Source: Candidatus Nomurabacteria bacterium
Lineage (GTDB): Bacteria; Patescibacteriota; Minisyncoccia; Phycocordibacterales; UBA9973
Direction of reading: 5' to 3'
Assembly (NCBI GenBank): GCA_023267215.1
Contig: JAHFNS010000002.1
Span: forward strand, 128,892 to 192,891
Length of the DNA: 64,000 bases
Position numbers and translations under genes: made by a program. The notes below the pieces were generated by a model, which saw only the letters and a list, made by a program, of their open reading frames with translations, was not told the origin of the DNA and did not search any database. This document shows, piece after piece, positions 49,681-60,100 of the stretch (within the stretch, counting starts at the first letter, position 1; each line of letters begins with the position of its first letter).

Positions 49681-50097
49681 ATGGAAAAAGAACTAAAAAA
49701 AGCGTTCCAAAAAGCTAAATTTGAAGAAAATTCTAATTTAGCTTCAAATATTTGGCAAAATATAATTATTCGCAACAGACGTATCGCTCGCTTAAAGTTG
49801 TGGACTTTTTCTTTGACTGGATTGATTTCACTGTCAGGTATCATTCCTGCTTGGAAAGCATTACTAAGCGACTTGGCCCAATCTGGTTTTTATGAATATC
49901 TATCTTTGATCTTTTCTAATGATGGATCTTTCTTTCACTATTCGAAAGAAATAATGCTCTCTATCGCCGAATCAATACCAACCATGAGTATCATAATGTC
50001 CTTATCTTTAGTCTTTGTCCTTTTCCTTTCACTCAAACATGTAACAAAACAAATTATTAATAATAACCAAATATTTTCACAGGCCTCCCCTGTATAA
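49681..50097 (+). CDS. Membrane protein, possible anti-sigma factor
   Basis: Short cytoplasmic N-terminus plus two TM helices, near the ECF sigma gene. Confidence 0.5.
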   Translation: MEKELKKAFQKAKFEENSNLASNIWQNIIIRNRRIARLKLWTFSLTGLISLSGIIPAWKALLSDLAQSGFYEYLSLIFSNDGSFFHYSKEIMLSIAESIPTMSIIMSLSLVFVLFLSLKHVTKQIINNNQIFSQASPV

Positions 50098-50129
50098 TTA
50101 CACAAGGAAACCCTGTGGTTTTTAAATTT

Positions 50130-50657
50130 ATGAAAAAAACATACGAAGACATAAAGAGTTTTTTGAAAAAGGTTTTTGAGTCAAAAATTTTAGTCAAATT
50201 TTTATACGTGATCGGAATTATTATAATAGCCATACTTATATTTTCAGCTGGAATTTCTATTGGTTTTCATAAAGCAGGTTTTGGTAGAGATTGGGGAGAA
50301 AATTATGAACGTAATTTTGGTATGAGACCTGATCGTATGATGTTTGGTGGAAATAATTTTCCAAATGCTCATGGAGCAACAGGTAAAATAATAAAAATAG
50401 AATTACCAACAATAATAGTGCAAGACAAATACAATACTGAAAAAGTAATTTTAATAAAAGATGACACACAAATACAAGAAACAATGCAAAATATTAAAAT
50501 GAGTAATCTTGCTGTTGATGATTATATAATTGTTATTGGCACCCCAAACGAACAAGGACAAATAGAAGCAAAATTTATTAGAGTAATGCCATTTGGCATG
50601 CCTGGTACAATCCTACCTCCACAAACACCAGCAATACCACCAACACCTATAAAATAA
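50130..50657 (+). CDS. Membrane-anchored OB-fold hypothetical protein
   Basis: TM helix plus G.II.I...GTPNEQGQIEAKFIR. Confidence 0.65.
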   Translation: MKKTYEDIKSFLKKVFESKILVKFLYVIGIIIIAILIFSAGISIGFHKAGFGRDWGENYERNFGMRPDRMMFGGNNFPNAHGATGKIIKIELPTIIVQDKYNTEKVILIKDDTQIQETMQNIKMSNLAVDDYIIVIGTPNEQGQIEAKFIRVMPFGMPGTILPPQTPAIPPTPIK

Positions 50658-50661
50658 ACAT

Positions 50662-52350
50662 ATGAGAAATTATTTCACAAAAATTAAAGCTTATGTCGTT
50701 AAGCATAAAATCATTAGCATCATCATTTTAATCATAATATTACTAATCATTTATTGGGGATACGGGAAACTCACAAGCACTGGAGGAGAAACACAATACA
50801 TAACAACTACAGTACAAAAAGGAACAATCGTTTCATCTATCACAGCTTCTGGTCAAATAGAAAGTTCTAGCCAAATAGATTTGAAAGCAAATACTTCTGG
50901 CACCATTACTTATGTCGGGGTAAAACCTGGAGACAAAGTTTTAAAAGGTAAAACACTTTTCTCAATTGATAATAAAGATGCACAAAAAGTTATCCGCGAT
51001 GCAGAAATAAGTTTGCAATCCGCACAAATCGCTTTGGATAAACTAAAAATACAAAACTCAAATGATAATATGAATGCTGACTTAGCAAAATCATATGATG
51101 ATGGATTTAATACTGTTTCTAATACATTTCTTGATCTACCAGGAATCATGACAGGTCTTGATAGTATGTTCTTTAAAAGCACTATTAGTGGAGGAACAGG
51201 TCAATTAAATATAGATTGGTATGAAGGGCAAGCTTCAAGCGAAGATCAAGATAAAGTAAAATCTTACAAAAAAAGTTTTGTAGATTCTTACAATCTTGCT
51301 CTAGCAGCCTACAACACCAGTTCTGATAACTATAAAACAGTCTCACGAACTTCAGACAATACAACCATCGAGAGACTCATATCTCAAACTTATGACACTA
51401 GTAAATTAATATCTGATGCCATAAAAAATGCTAATAACTATCTTGATATTATCAATGATTCAATGCAAAGACATAATTTTAACATCCCCACAATAATTAA
51501 TACAAATAAAACAAGCTTGAGTAGTTATACTTCTAAAACCAACACTGCTTTATTAAATTTGCTTTCAATAAAAACAAGTATAAAAGGATATAAGGATGCT
51601 TTTCCTAATTCTAGTTTAGATTTACAATCATCTGAATTATCTATAAAACAAAAAGAAAATACTTTACAGGATGCGAAAGATAAACTATCAGATTATTATG
51701 TTGTCGCTCCATTTAATGGAACAATAGCAAGTGTTGTAGCAAAAGTTGGAGATATCTCATCTGGAATTCTTGGTTCAATAATCACAAACCAACAGATAGC
51801 ATTACTTTCTATGAACGAAGTAGATGTATCGAAAATAAAATTGGGACAAAAAGCAACTGTAACTTTTGATGCAATAGATAATTTGTCTATAACTGGTACT
51901 GTCGCCGAAATTGATACACTTGGTACAGTTTCTCAAGGTGTCGTATCATATAGTGTAAAAATTGCATTAGATACCGAAGACGTACGTGTAAAACCAGGAA
52001 TGAGTATTTCTGCATCAATTATTACTGATTCAAAAACAGATGTACTGATAGTGCCGACAAGTGCAATAAAAACACAAGGTAATATAAAATATGTACAAAT
52101 GTTTGGCTCTCCTCTATCTACTCCTCTTGCAGGATCACAAGGGACACCTTCAACAATAGCACCAAATCAAATTACTGTTGAAACAGGACTAACTGATGAC
52201 ACTAATACAGAAATTATTTCTGGAGTTAAAGAAGGAGATCAAATAGTGTCGCGTACCATTACAAGCACAACTACAAAAACTCCAACAGCCACCTCCCTTC
52301 TAGGAGGAAACACTCGTGGTCTTAGTGGAGGGGGAAATTTTGGAAGATAA
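50662..52350 (+). CDS. MacA/HlyD-type periplasmic adaptor
   Basis: Lipoyl halves (VKPGDKV, APFNGTI) flanking a long coiled coil. Confidence 0.88.
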   Translation: MRNYFTKIKAYVVKHKIISIIILIIILLIIYWGYGKLTSTGGETQYITTTVQKGTIVSSITASGQIESSSQIDLKANTSGTITYVGVKPGDKVLKGKTLFSIDNKDAQKVIRDAEISLQSAQIALDKLKIQNSNDNMNADLAKSYDDGFNTVSNTFLDLPGIMTGLDSMFFKSTISGGTGQLNIDWYEGQASSEDQDKVKSYKKSFVDSYNLALAAYNTSSDNYKTVSRTSDNTTIERLISQTYDTSKLISDAIKNANNYLDIINDSMQRHNFNIPTIINTNKTSLSSYTSKTNTALLNLLSIKTSIKGYKDAFPNSSLDLQSSELSIKQKENTLQDAKDKLSDYYVVAPFNGTIASVVAKVGDISSGILGSIITNQQIALLSMNEVDVSKIKLGQKATVTFDAIDNLSITGTVAEIDTLGTVSQGVVSYSVKIALDTEDVRVKPGMSISASIITDSKTDVLIVPTSAIKTQGNIKYVQMFGSPLSTPLAGSQGTPSTIAPNQITVETGLTDDTNTEIISGVKEGDQIVSRTITSTTTKTPTATSLLGGNTRGLSGGGNFGR

Positions 52351-52356
52351 AAGAGA

Positions 52357-53037
52357 ATGATAGAAATAAAAGACATTACAAAGGTATATAAAAGTAGTGT
52401 GGAAGATTTTCAGGCCTTAAAAGGTATCAGCTTCACAATTTCCGATGGAGAATATGTTGCTATTATGGGTCCTTCTGGTTCTGGTAAATCAACTCTCATG
52501 CACATACTAGGAGCGTTAGACAGTCCAACTTCTGGTACATATTTTTTAGACGGGAAAGATGTCTCAAAATTATCTGATGATGAACTAGCTGATATTCGCA
52601 GAGACAAAATTGGTTTCGTTTTTCAAGCTTTCAATCTTTTACCTCGTACTACAGTCTTGCAAAATGTTTCTCTTCCTCTTGTCTATGAAGGAATCCATGG
52701 CAGAGAACGAGACGAACGCGCAAAAAAAGCACTTATAGATGCAGGATTAGAAGAAAGTCATTTTGGACATCTTTCTAATCAACTTTCTGGGGGTCAAATC
52801 CAACGTGTGGCCATAGCTCGTGCATTAGTAAACAATCCGACACTTATTTTAGCTGACGAACCGACAGGCAACCTTGATACTAAGACAGGAGAAATAGTTT
52901 TGGATACTTTTCAAAAGTTAAATCGTAATTTTGGACGCACTATAATATTAATCACCCACGAACAAGACGTGGCAGATCATGCCGATAGAATTATTCATAT
53001 AAAAGATGGAATAATCTTAAGCGACATTAAAAAATAA
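52357..53037 (+). CDS. MacB/LolD-type ABC ATPase
   Basis: [23 protein letters not shown] motifs. Confidence 0.95.
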   Translation: MIEIKDITKVYKSSVEDFQALKGISFTISDGEYVAIMGPSGSGKSTLMHILGALDSPTSGTYFLDGKDVSKLSDDELADIRRDKIGFVFQAFNLLPRTTVLQNVSLPLVYEGIHGRERDERAKKALIDAGLEESHFGHLSNQLSGGQIQRVAIARALVNNPTLILADEPTGNLDTKTGEIVLDTFQKLNRNFGRTIILITHEQDVADHADRIIHIKDGIILSDIKK

Positions 53038-53047
53038 AACAAAAAAA

Positions 53048-54271
53048 ATGAAATTGAAAGATATTTTAGAAGAAACATATAGTGCTCTCTCTTCAAATAA
53101 AATCCGCTCTGGACTTACAATGCTTGGTATTGTAATTGGTATCAGTTCTGTTATAGCTATGACAGCTATAGGTAATGGCGCACAAAGTTCTATTACTGAT
53201 TCTATTCAATCTATTGGCTCCAACCTTATTACTGTCCGTCCTGGGGCAGCACGTGGAGTAGGTATACAAGTAAGTGCTGGACGAGGTTCAGCAAAATCTC
53301 TTACCTTAGCAGACTCAAGTGCAATCATGACAAGTGTTTCATCAGTAAAAAATGTCGCAGCAGAAGTTTCTGGACGTTATCAAGTGACAGCTAAAGGTAC
53401 AAACACAAATACAACAGTGGACGGTATCACTTCAAGTTATGCCTATGTACATAATATAGAGATGGTAGAAGGATCATTCATTACAGATCAAAATGTTGAG
53501 AGTGGGGCAAAAGTCGCAGTGGTCGGACCTACTGTACAGTCAGATTTATTTGGTGGAGATGGGAGTGCTCTGGGACAGACGATTCGTATAAAAAATATGC
53601 AATTTAAAGTTGTGGGTATTACACAATCAAAAGGTGGAACAGGATTTAATAATTCCGATGAAATGATTTTCATTCCGATTACCACAGCACAAAGATATTT
53701 CTCTGGAGACCAATATGTCACTTCTATCAGTGTCGGAGCGACAAACGCAGATACAACCTCACAAGTACAGGCAGATGTTACTACTCTTTTTTTAAACAGA
53801 CATCATATAACTGACCCTGCACTTGCAGACTTTTCTACGCTCAATCAAGCAGACATTATAGCTACAGCTTCTTCTATCACTAGCACTTTCACTACTTTGC
53901 TCGCAGCCATTGCTGGTATTTCTCTACTTGTTGGAGGTATTGGCATAATGAACATGATGTTGACGACCGTCACAGAAAGAACACGCGAAATCGGACTCCG
54001 AAAAGCGATTGGTGCAAAGAGAAAAGATATCAGTAGTCAATTTTTATTAGAAGCAGTGATGCTCACTTTCCTTGGTGGAATCATCGGTGTACTTTTAGGT
54101 TGGTTCATTTCTTTTATCATAACCAAGTTAGGAATAATCACAACAAAAGTTTCCATTGGTTCAGTTTTCTTGGCCTTCGGTGTTTCAGCTTTTATTGGAA
54201 TCGTCTTTGGATATTATCCAGCGACAAGAGCATCAAAATTAAATCCAATTGACGCTTTGAGGTTTGAGTAA
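53048..54271 (+). CDS. MacB/FtsX-type ABC permease
   Basis: GGIGIMN...ERTREIG.RKAIGA motif. Confidence 0.94.
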   Translation: MKLKDILEETYSALSSNKIRSGLTMLGIVIGISSVIAMTAIGNGAQSSITDSIQSIGSNLITVRPGAARGVGIQVSAGRGSAKSLTLADSSAIMTSVSSVKNVAAEVSGRYQVTAKGTNTNTTVDGITSSYAYVHNIEMVEGSFITDQNVESGAKVAVVGPTVQSDLFGGDGSALGQTIRIKNMQFKVVGITQSKGGTGFNNSDEMIFIPITTAQRYFSGDQYVTSISVGATNADTTSQVQADVTTLFLNRHHITDPALADFSTLNQADIIATASSITSTFTTLLAAIAGISLLVGGIGIMNMMLTTVTERTREIGLRKAIGAKRKDISSQFLLEAVMLTFLGGIIGVLLGWFISFIITKLGIITTKVSIGSVFLAFGVSAFIGIVFGYYPATRASKLNPIDALRFE

Positions 54272-54279
54272 AAAAACAT

Positions 54280-54726
54280 ATGAATAAAAATAAAAAAATT
54301 ATTTTTGGAGTAATAGGAGTTGTAATTTTAGCAGGAGTATTTTATGGAGGAATGATTTATGGAAAAAACCAAACTTCCACAGGAGGAATTAACGCAAATA
54401 TGCAAAATCGTGTAGGACAATTTGGTGCTGGTAATAGAAATAATAGAACAACAGGAGGAGGATTTGTCTCTGGAGAAATTATTTCAAAAGATGATAAAAG
54501 TATCACAGTTAAAATTATGAATAATGATCCATCAGCAACTAATACAAATACTGGATCAAAAATTATTTTCTTTGATACGAGTACAACAATCTCAAAAATG
54601 GCTGCTGGGTCTTTAAATGATTTGGTAGCAGGCACACAAGTTTCAATCACAGGATCTGCAAATACTGACGGTAGTGTGACGGCAAAAACTATCCAAATAA
54701 GGCCACAGACAAAACTCAATAAATAA
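54280..54726 (+). CDS. DUF5666-like membrane-anchored protein
   Basis: TM helix plus G.II...DGSVTA..IQ. Confidence 0.65.
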   Translation: MNKNKKIIFGVIGVVILAGVFYGGMIYGKNQTSTGGINANMQNRVGQFGAGNRNNRTTGGGFVSGEIISKDDKSITVKIMNNDPSATNTNTGSKIIFFDTSTTISKMAAGSLNDLVAGTQVSITGSANTDGSVTAKTIQIRPQTKLNK

Positions 54727-54730
54727 ATTC

Positions 54731-54767
54731 ACCTCACCCCTACCCCTCTCCTTAATAAGGAGAGGGG
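54731..54767. repeat. CCCCTCTCC-type palindromic repeat
   Basis: Related copies at about 4007, 38457, 40455 and 24164. Confidence 0.8.
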
Positions 54768-54829
54768 TTTTGTCTTCTGTAATAATTTTATTTTTAACAC
54801 GTCAACACTAAAGGATGATAGTCCATACC

Positions 54830-54858
54830 TTGACTTTATTGGTAAAGGTGATATACTA
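54830..54858 (+). promoter_or_regulatory. Sigma70-type promoter
   Basis: TTGACT-N16-TATACT with extended TG. Confidence 0.6.
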
Positions 54859-54906
54859 CAAGTTAACAAATCTGTACAAAAATTGAAAACTAAATAGAGG
54901 TATAAA

Positions 54907-55641
54907 GTGAAAAAAATAATTATTTTTCTTGTTGTCCTATTGGGGACAACTTTAGCCCAAAAAGAATCACTGGAAACAAAAATGTTTTTCCCAACGAGAG
55001 AAGCAGCGGAAAAAGCATTTTATTCGGGTGATTTCCGATATTATTTATCGGACCCTAAAAACATAAAAAGCTATCCACCATTTTCTGCAAAAGGTCTTCC
55101 AAGATCTTATGTAGTTCTGGAGGTTGTTAGAGAAAATTCTGGAAAGTCGCCTGCATGGGTATTACTCGCCCCAGGTACACCATCAGTATTTAATTTCCAC
55201 GGAGTACCAATTCAAGATGGACGGTGTTGGAATAAAATTCTTGAAGCTTATCCCGTTCTACTTAATGGACGAGATGGTAAGGACGGAATTAATGGAAAAG
55301 ATGGACAAAATGGTAAAGATGGACCTCCTGGGAAAGATGGAGAAATAGTAATCATTCCATCAGAAGACAATACTCCTTCCAACTGGACAATTTGGAAAAC
55401 TCTTACCACTGGAGGAGCAGGAATTGGAGGATATTTTATTGGTCATAATAATTTTAAAAAAACGATCACTAATATAACAAGAATTCCACCGGTCGCAGTA
55501 CAAACCGGCAACGGGACAATAATCTATGGTCCTGAACGTGTAAATGTTAGTACTAGTAATGAATTTAATGAACCTATAGCAATAATGTGTGGTTTATTAA
55601 GTGCAGGAGTTACTTTCCTGCTAAATTGGTTCGTGTTTTAA
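54907..55641 (+). CDS. Exported/membrane protein with a short collagen-like G-X-Y repeat
   Basis: GRDGKDGINGKDGQNGKDGPPGKDGE; signal peptide; C-terminal TM. Confidence 0.7.
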   Translation: MKKIIIFLVVLLGTTLAQKESLETKMFFPTREAAEKAFYSGDFRYYLSDPKNIKSYPPFSAKGLPRSYVVLEVVRENSGKSPAWVLLAPGTPSVFNFHGVPIQDGRCWNKILEAYPVLLNGRDGKDGINGKDGQNGKDGPPGKDGEIVIIPSEDNTPSNWTIWKTLTTGGAGIGGYFIGHNNFKKTITNITRIPPVAVQTGNGTIIYGPERVNVSTSNEFNEPIAIMCGLLSAGVTFLLNWFVF

Positions 55642-55777
55642 ATCATTTAGTGTGGAGGTTTTATTCTTTTTTAAGATTAACTCTTCCACAGCTTTTCAAA
55701 GTTATTGATATTTTTAGATAAATGTGGATAATTTTGAAGAGCTAAAAAACTCTTTTAAAATAGTAATAATAAAAATT

Positions 55778-58759
55778 ATGAATAAAAAAATAAAACTGAC
55801 AATATTAGGTATCTTAACTCTCGTTGGGCTTTTTACTAGTATAAATATAACTTCTGCTGGTAGAACTCCAATAGTTACTTGCAACAGTGCTACTATTTAT
55901 GGAACTGTCTGGCCAAACAATACTACAGTGAGTGCTTGGTTTGAATGGGGAAATAACATATCAACAGTTCAAAATGGAGGTGGAACTAAAATTGGATTTC
56001 AACAAGTTAATAATACCACTGAACTCAGTGCAAATTTGTCAGGACTAAATCAAAATACAACTTATTATTACAGATTGGTTGTTCAAAGTGGTAGTGATTA
56101 CATTCCTGCCACAACCGAATCCTTTTCTACTACTACTTGCCAAATTGTAAACCCTCCCGTCAATGGTGGCTGGAGTGACTGGAGTTCAAAAGATAATTCT
56201 TGTGGTGTTTCCGGAGTTCAAACTCGCTCTTGTACAAACCCTACTCCAGCTAATGGTGGAGCATATTGTTCCGGTCCTTCTACTCAAACATATACAAATC
56301 CACAATGTCCTATTATAAATACTCCCGTCAATGGAGGATGGAGTGACTGGAGTTCAAAAGATAATTCCTGTGGTATTTCCGGAGTTCAAACTCGTAGTTG
56401 TAATAACCCAACTCCAGCTTACGGAGGAGCATATTGCTCAGGCCCTTCTTATCAATCATATACAAATCCAGTATGTCCTAATTTAATTTTACCTCCTGTT
56501 GTTTCATTAACAGCAACTCCGACATCAGTATCTTACGGTGGTTCTTCTACTTTATCTTGGAACTCAACAAACAATCCATCATGTATCGCCAATGGTGGTT
56601 GGTCAGGGCAAAAAGCAATGAGGGGCAATGAGTCAACTGGCGCTTTGAATTTCAATACTACTTATAATATTACATGTACAAACAGTGCAGGCTCAGACAG
56701 TAAATCAGTCACAGTGAGTGTTTTACAACAACCGGTTATTCAAAATCCAAGTGGAACAATCTATGCCTCTTCTTGTTTTATACAACTTAATCAATCTACT
56801 TGTGAATCAAAAGTTTCTTGGAATACTTATAATTTAACTCCCGGAGCCTTGACAGCTGTCACCAGAAGCAATCCACCCGTAACAGTATTTACCACGACAT
56901 CCGGAAATAATTTAAGTGATTATATAAATTATGGAAACAGTATTTATTTCTTATATCACAATCAGCAACAGTTGGCATCCGCCCCAGTAAATGCCTCTTG
57001 TGTCTCTGGCACTACTTATATTGGAGGTATTTGTATAGCTCCTGTTGTAAATTATCCTGTAAATGGTGGTTGGGGACCTTGGAGTTCTAAAGATAATTCT
57101 TGTGGAGCGTCTGGAATCCAAATCCGTAGTTGTAATAATCCTAGCCCAGCAAATGGTGGACTAGATTGTTCTGGTTTATCTTCTCAATCATATACAAATC
57201 CGGCTTGTCCTATTACCCAAACTCCCGTCAACGGTGGTTGGGGAGCTTGGAGTTCTAAAGATAATTCTTGTGGTATTTCCGGAGTTCAAACTCGTAGTTG
57301 TAATAATCCTTATCCAGCAAATGGCGGACTAGATTGTTTAGGTACCTCTTCTCGAACTTATACAAATCCACAATGCCCTATCACTCAAACTCCCGTAAAC
57401 GGTGGTTGGGGAGCTTGGAGTACAAAAGATAATTCTTGTGGAGCTTCTGGGATTCAAACTCGTAGTTGTAATAATCCTAGTCCATCAAATGGTGGGCTAG
57501 ATTGTTCAGGAGCTTCTACTCAAACATACGTAAATCCTCAATGTTCTTATCCTGTTTACACTTGCCAAGATTATTCCGCTACAAATTATGGAGGTTCTTT
57601 ACCTTGTAATTATTATCAAGCTCCTTTAGTTTGCCAAGATCCAAGTGCTACCAACTACAGAGGTGGTTTACCTTGTAATTATTACAATAATTATATTCAA
57701 ACCTGCCAGGATCCTTCTGCAACAAATTATCGTGGGACATTGCCTTGTAATTATTATTACCAACCTATTTTAACTTGCCAAGATCCTTCTGCCTTAAATT
57801 ACAGAGGAACACTTCCTTGCACGTATAATACATATATTAACAATAAACCAACTGTAAATATTTCTACAGATCAAAGTACTGTATCCTTTAATGGAACTAC
57901 TTTTGTTCGTTGGTATACAACCAATGCAACCTCTTGTTATGCAAGTGATGGATCTATCGGTTGGGCAGGAGCAAAAAGCATTGGACCAGGAAGTTTTTAC
58001 ACAGGATCATTAACTTCTGGTAAAACTTACACTATTACTTGTACAAACAGTTTTGGGTCTGCGACTGATAGCACAAATGTATCTGTTCGTTCTCAAACCA
58101 CAACAACAATCACAACCAGACGTGCTCCAACTTCTCTCGTACTTATTACCTCTTCTGTAGATCGTAATCAACCAATAGTGCCTACCATAGACAATACTAG
58201 ACCAAAACCAGGAGATGAAATCAATTACACCGTAAATTATCAAAATATCGGCACAGGATCTATCACTAGTCTCAATCTAAGAGTAGACCTCCCTTACGAA
58301 GTAAATTACATATTGTCTAATCCAAACAATCCAACCATTTCTGGTAATACTTTAATTTTCAATTTAGGAACCCTAAAAGCAAACGGACAAGGCACGGTGA
58401 CAATAAGAGTGCGAGTACGAGAAAACATACCAGCCGGAACAAATTTAAATTTCCCTGCTACTTTGAGTTATGTTGACCCAGGAGGTCAACCACAATCAGT
58501 AATGGCTAATGTCTCTGCTCAAGTTTGGAGTGAACCACCAATAACACAACTGGTAAATCCAAACGACAAAGAAACAGTACAATTAGGAGCACTCGCTTTC
58601 CTGTTTGGTAACAGTTTTGTTCCAAGCACACTAATAGGATGGCTTCTTATTATTCTATTAATTACTCTGGTTGTTTTAGCCGTAAGAAAAGCGTACTACG
58701 GACCAAATGCAATTTTTGTTCCACAAACTTTAGAAAAAAGTAAAAAAATAAATGGATAA
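55778..58759 (+). CDS. Surface protein with 5 TSP1-like repeats, 4 CQDxSAxNY repeats, Ig-like and DUF11-like domains
   Basis: Repeats visible in protein and DNA; signal peptide and C-terminal TM. Confidence 0.85.
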   Translation: MNKKIKLTILGILTLVGLFTSINITSAGRTPIVTCNSATIYGTVWPNNTTVSAWFEWGNNISTVQNGGGTKIGFQQVNNTTELSANLSGLNQNTTYYYRLVVQSGSDYIPATTESFSTTTCQIVNPPVNGGWSDWSSKDNSCGVSGVQTRSCTNPTPANGGAYCSGPSTQTYTNPQCPIINTPVNGGWSDWSSKDNSCGISGVQTRSCNNPTPAYGGAYCSGPSYQSYTNPVCPNLILPPVVSLTATPTSVSYGGSSTLSWNSTNNPSCIANGGWSGQKAMRGNESTGALNFNTTYNITCTNSAGSDSKSVTVSVLQQPVIQNPSGTIYASSCFIQLNQSTCESKVSWNTYNLTPGALTAVTRSNPPVTVFTTTSGNNLSDYINYGNSIYFLYHNQQQLASAPVNASCVSGTTYIGGICIAPVVNYPVNGGWGPWSSKDNSCGASGIQIRSCNNPSPANGGLDCSGLSSQSYTNPACPITQTPVNGGWGAWSSKDNSCGISGVQTRSCNNPYPANGGLDCLGTSSRTYTNPQCPITQTPVNGGWGAWSTKDNSCGASGIQTRSCNNPSPSNGGLDCSGASTQTYVNPQCSYPVYTCQDYSATNYGGSLPCNYYQAPLVCQDPSATNYRGGLPCNYYNNYIQTCQDPSATNYRGTLPCNYYYQPILTCQDPSALNYRGTLPCTYNTYINNKPTVNISTDQSTVSFNGTTFVRWYTTNATSCYASDGSIGWAGAKSIGPGSFYTGSLTSGKTYTITCTNSFGSATDSTNVSVRSQTTTTITTRRAPTSLVLITSSVDRNQPIVPTIDNTRPKPGDEINYTVNYQNIGTGSITSLNLRVDLPYEVNYILSNPNNPTISGNTLIFNLGTLKANGQGTVTIRVRVRENIPAGTNLNFPATLSYVDPGGQPQSVMANVSAQVWSEPPITQLVNPNDKETVQLGALAFLFGNSFVPSTLIGWLLIILLITLVVLAVRKAYYGPNAIFVPQTLEKSKKING

Positions 58760-59417
58760 AGTTAGTATACGGATAAATAAATATTTAGCTTTAAAAAAAA
58801 TCTCCACAAGAAAAGGGGCTGATGAACTAGTGAAAAAAAAGAAAGTTTTTATAAATGGTAAATTGGCCGTACTTGGTAGTCAAGTAAATGAAAACGATAA
58901 AGTAGAAGTAAAAGGTGTAGAAAAAAAAGAATATCTTTACTTCGCCTATAATAAACCAACAGATGTGGAAACAAATTCTCCTAAAAAAGACCTCTTCCCT
59001 TTAGGGAGACTGGATAAAAATTCGCATGGACTCATAATTCTTACTAATGATGGAAGAATTACAGATCAACTATTAAATCCAAAGTTTTCTCATGAAAAAG
59101 AATATTTAGTAAAAACAAAAGAAAAATTACGCTCAAGTTTTAAACAAAAAATGGAAGCTGGGGTTAATATTGAAGGATATGTCACTAAAAAATGTGCTGT
59201 AAAAATAATAAATGAAAATACTTTTAAAGTGATATTAACTGAAGGAAAAAAACATCAAATCAGGAGAATGTGCGCAAATCTTTTCCAAGAAGTGGCTGAC
59301 CTAAAAAGAGAAAGAATTATGAATATTAAACTCGGAAGCCTCAAATCGGGGGCTTTTAGAGAGATAAAAGGTGAAGAATTAGTGGTATTCCTAGATAAAG
59401 TGCTTAAACAAGCTTAA
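58752..59417 (+). CDS. RsuA/RluB/RluF-family pseudouridine synthase
   Basis: S4 domain, GRLD, EGKKHQIRRM motifs. Confidence 0.93.
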   Translation: MDKVSIRINKYLALKKISTRKGADELVKKKKVFINGKLAVLGSQVNENDKVEVKGVEKKEYLYFAYNKPTDVETNSPKKDLFPLGRLDKNSHGLIILTNDGRITDQLLNPKFSHEKEYLVKTKEKLRSSFKQKMEAGVNIEGYVTKKCAVKIINENTFKVILTEGKKHQIRRMCANLFQEVADLKRERIMNIKLGSLKSGAFREIKGEELVVFLDKVLKQA

Positions 59418-59531
59418 AAAACCTTGACAAATAACTTCTAATATACTATACTTAATAAACAAATAGGTGCGAAAAGAGTCGATTTCTAAAGCAATCTTAC
59501 TTTGTATTTAACAATCTAATCAAAAAAATCA

Positions 59532-59729
59532 ATGACTGGTACAATAAAAAGACTCACTGATAAAGGTTTCGGTTTCATCACAGGAGAAGGACTACAGAAA
59601 GATTTATTCTTTCATAGTAATTCTCTAGTTGGTGTAAGCTTCGACGAACTTCATGAAGGTGATACTGTTTCTTTTGAAACAGAGGAATCTCCAAAAGGTT
59701 TGAATGCTACAAACGTACAACGTGCGTAA
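59532..59729 (+). CDS. Cold-shock protein
   Basis: KGFGFI and FFHS RNP motifs. Confidence 0.95.
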   Translation: MTGTIKRLTDKGFGFITGEGLQKDLFFHSNSLVGVSFDELHEGDTVSFETEESPKGLNATNVQRA

Positions 59730-59745
59730 TATTCACTTTATCTAA

Positions 59746-59776
59746 ATAAAAAAAGCCCCACTTGGGGCTTTTTTTA
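59746..59776. terminator. Bidirectional intrinsic terminator
   Basis: aaaaaaagcccc-actt-ggggcttttttt. Confidence 0.8.
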
Positions 59777-59784
59777 TTGTAAAT

Positions 59785-60036
59785 TTATTTAACTAATTTT
59801 GATAAACGAGATTTCTTACGAGCAGCATTATTCTTTTTTATAACACCCTTTTTTGCTGTCTTATCTATAATAGCAAAAGCAGAACTTAACAACTTCCCTG
59901 CTTCCTTCTTATCTGTCTTCGCAGTTTTCTCAATCTTTTTAATTACGTCTTTCATGGCATGCTTTTGACGATCGTTAAAAGCCTTCTTGCGAAGTGACCC
60001 ACGAATTGCTTTTTTAGCTGATTTTATGATTGGCAT
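59785..60036 (-). CDS. rpsT: 30S ribosomal protein S20
   Basis: MPIIKSAKK and KNNAARKKSRL motifs. Confidence 0.95.
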   Translation of the reverse strand: MPIIKSAKKAIRGSLRKKAFNDRQKHAMKDVIKKIEKTAKTDKKEAGKLLSSAFAIIDKTAKKGVIKKNNAARKKSRLSKLVK

Positions 60037-60100
60037 ATATGCTAATCTAACAGAAAACTCCCCAAAATGCAAACCTCTATATAAATGCTATAATAAAGCT

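Noticed and set aside
56150-57830. Tandem DNA repeats as a CRISPR array or second TR/VR pair
   Set aside because: They are in-frame protein repeats with mostly synonymous, non-adenine-specific differences; no spacers or cas genes.
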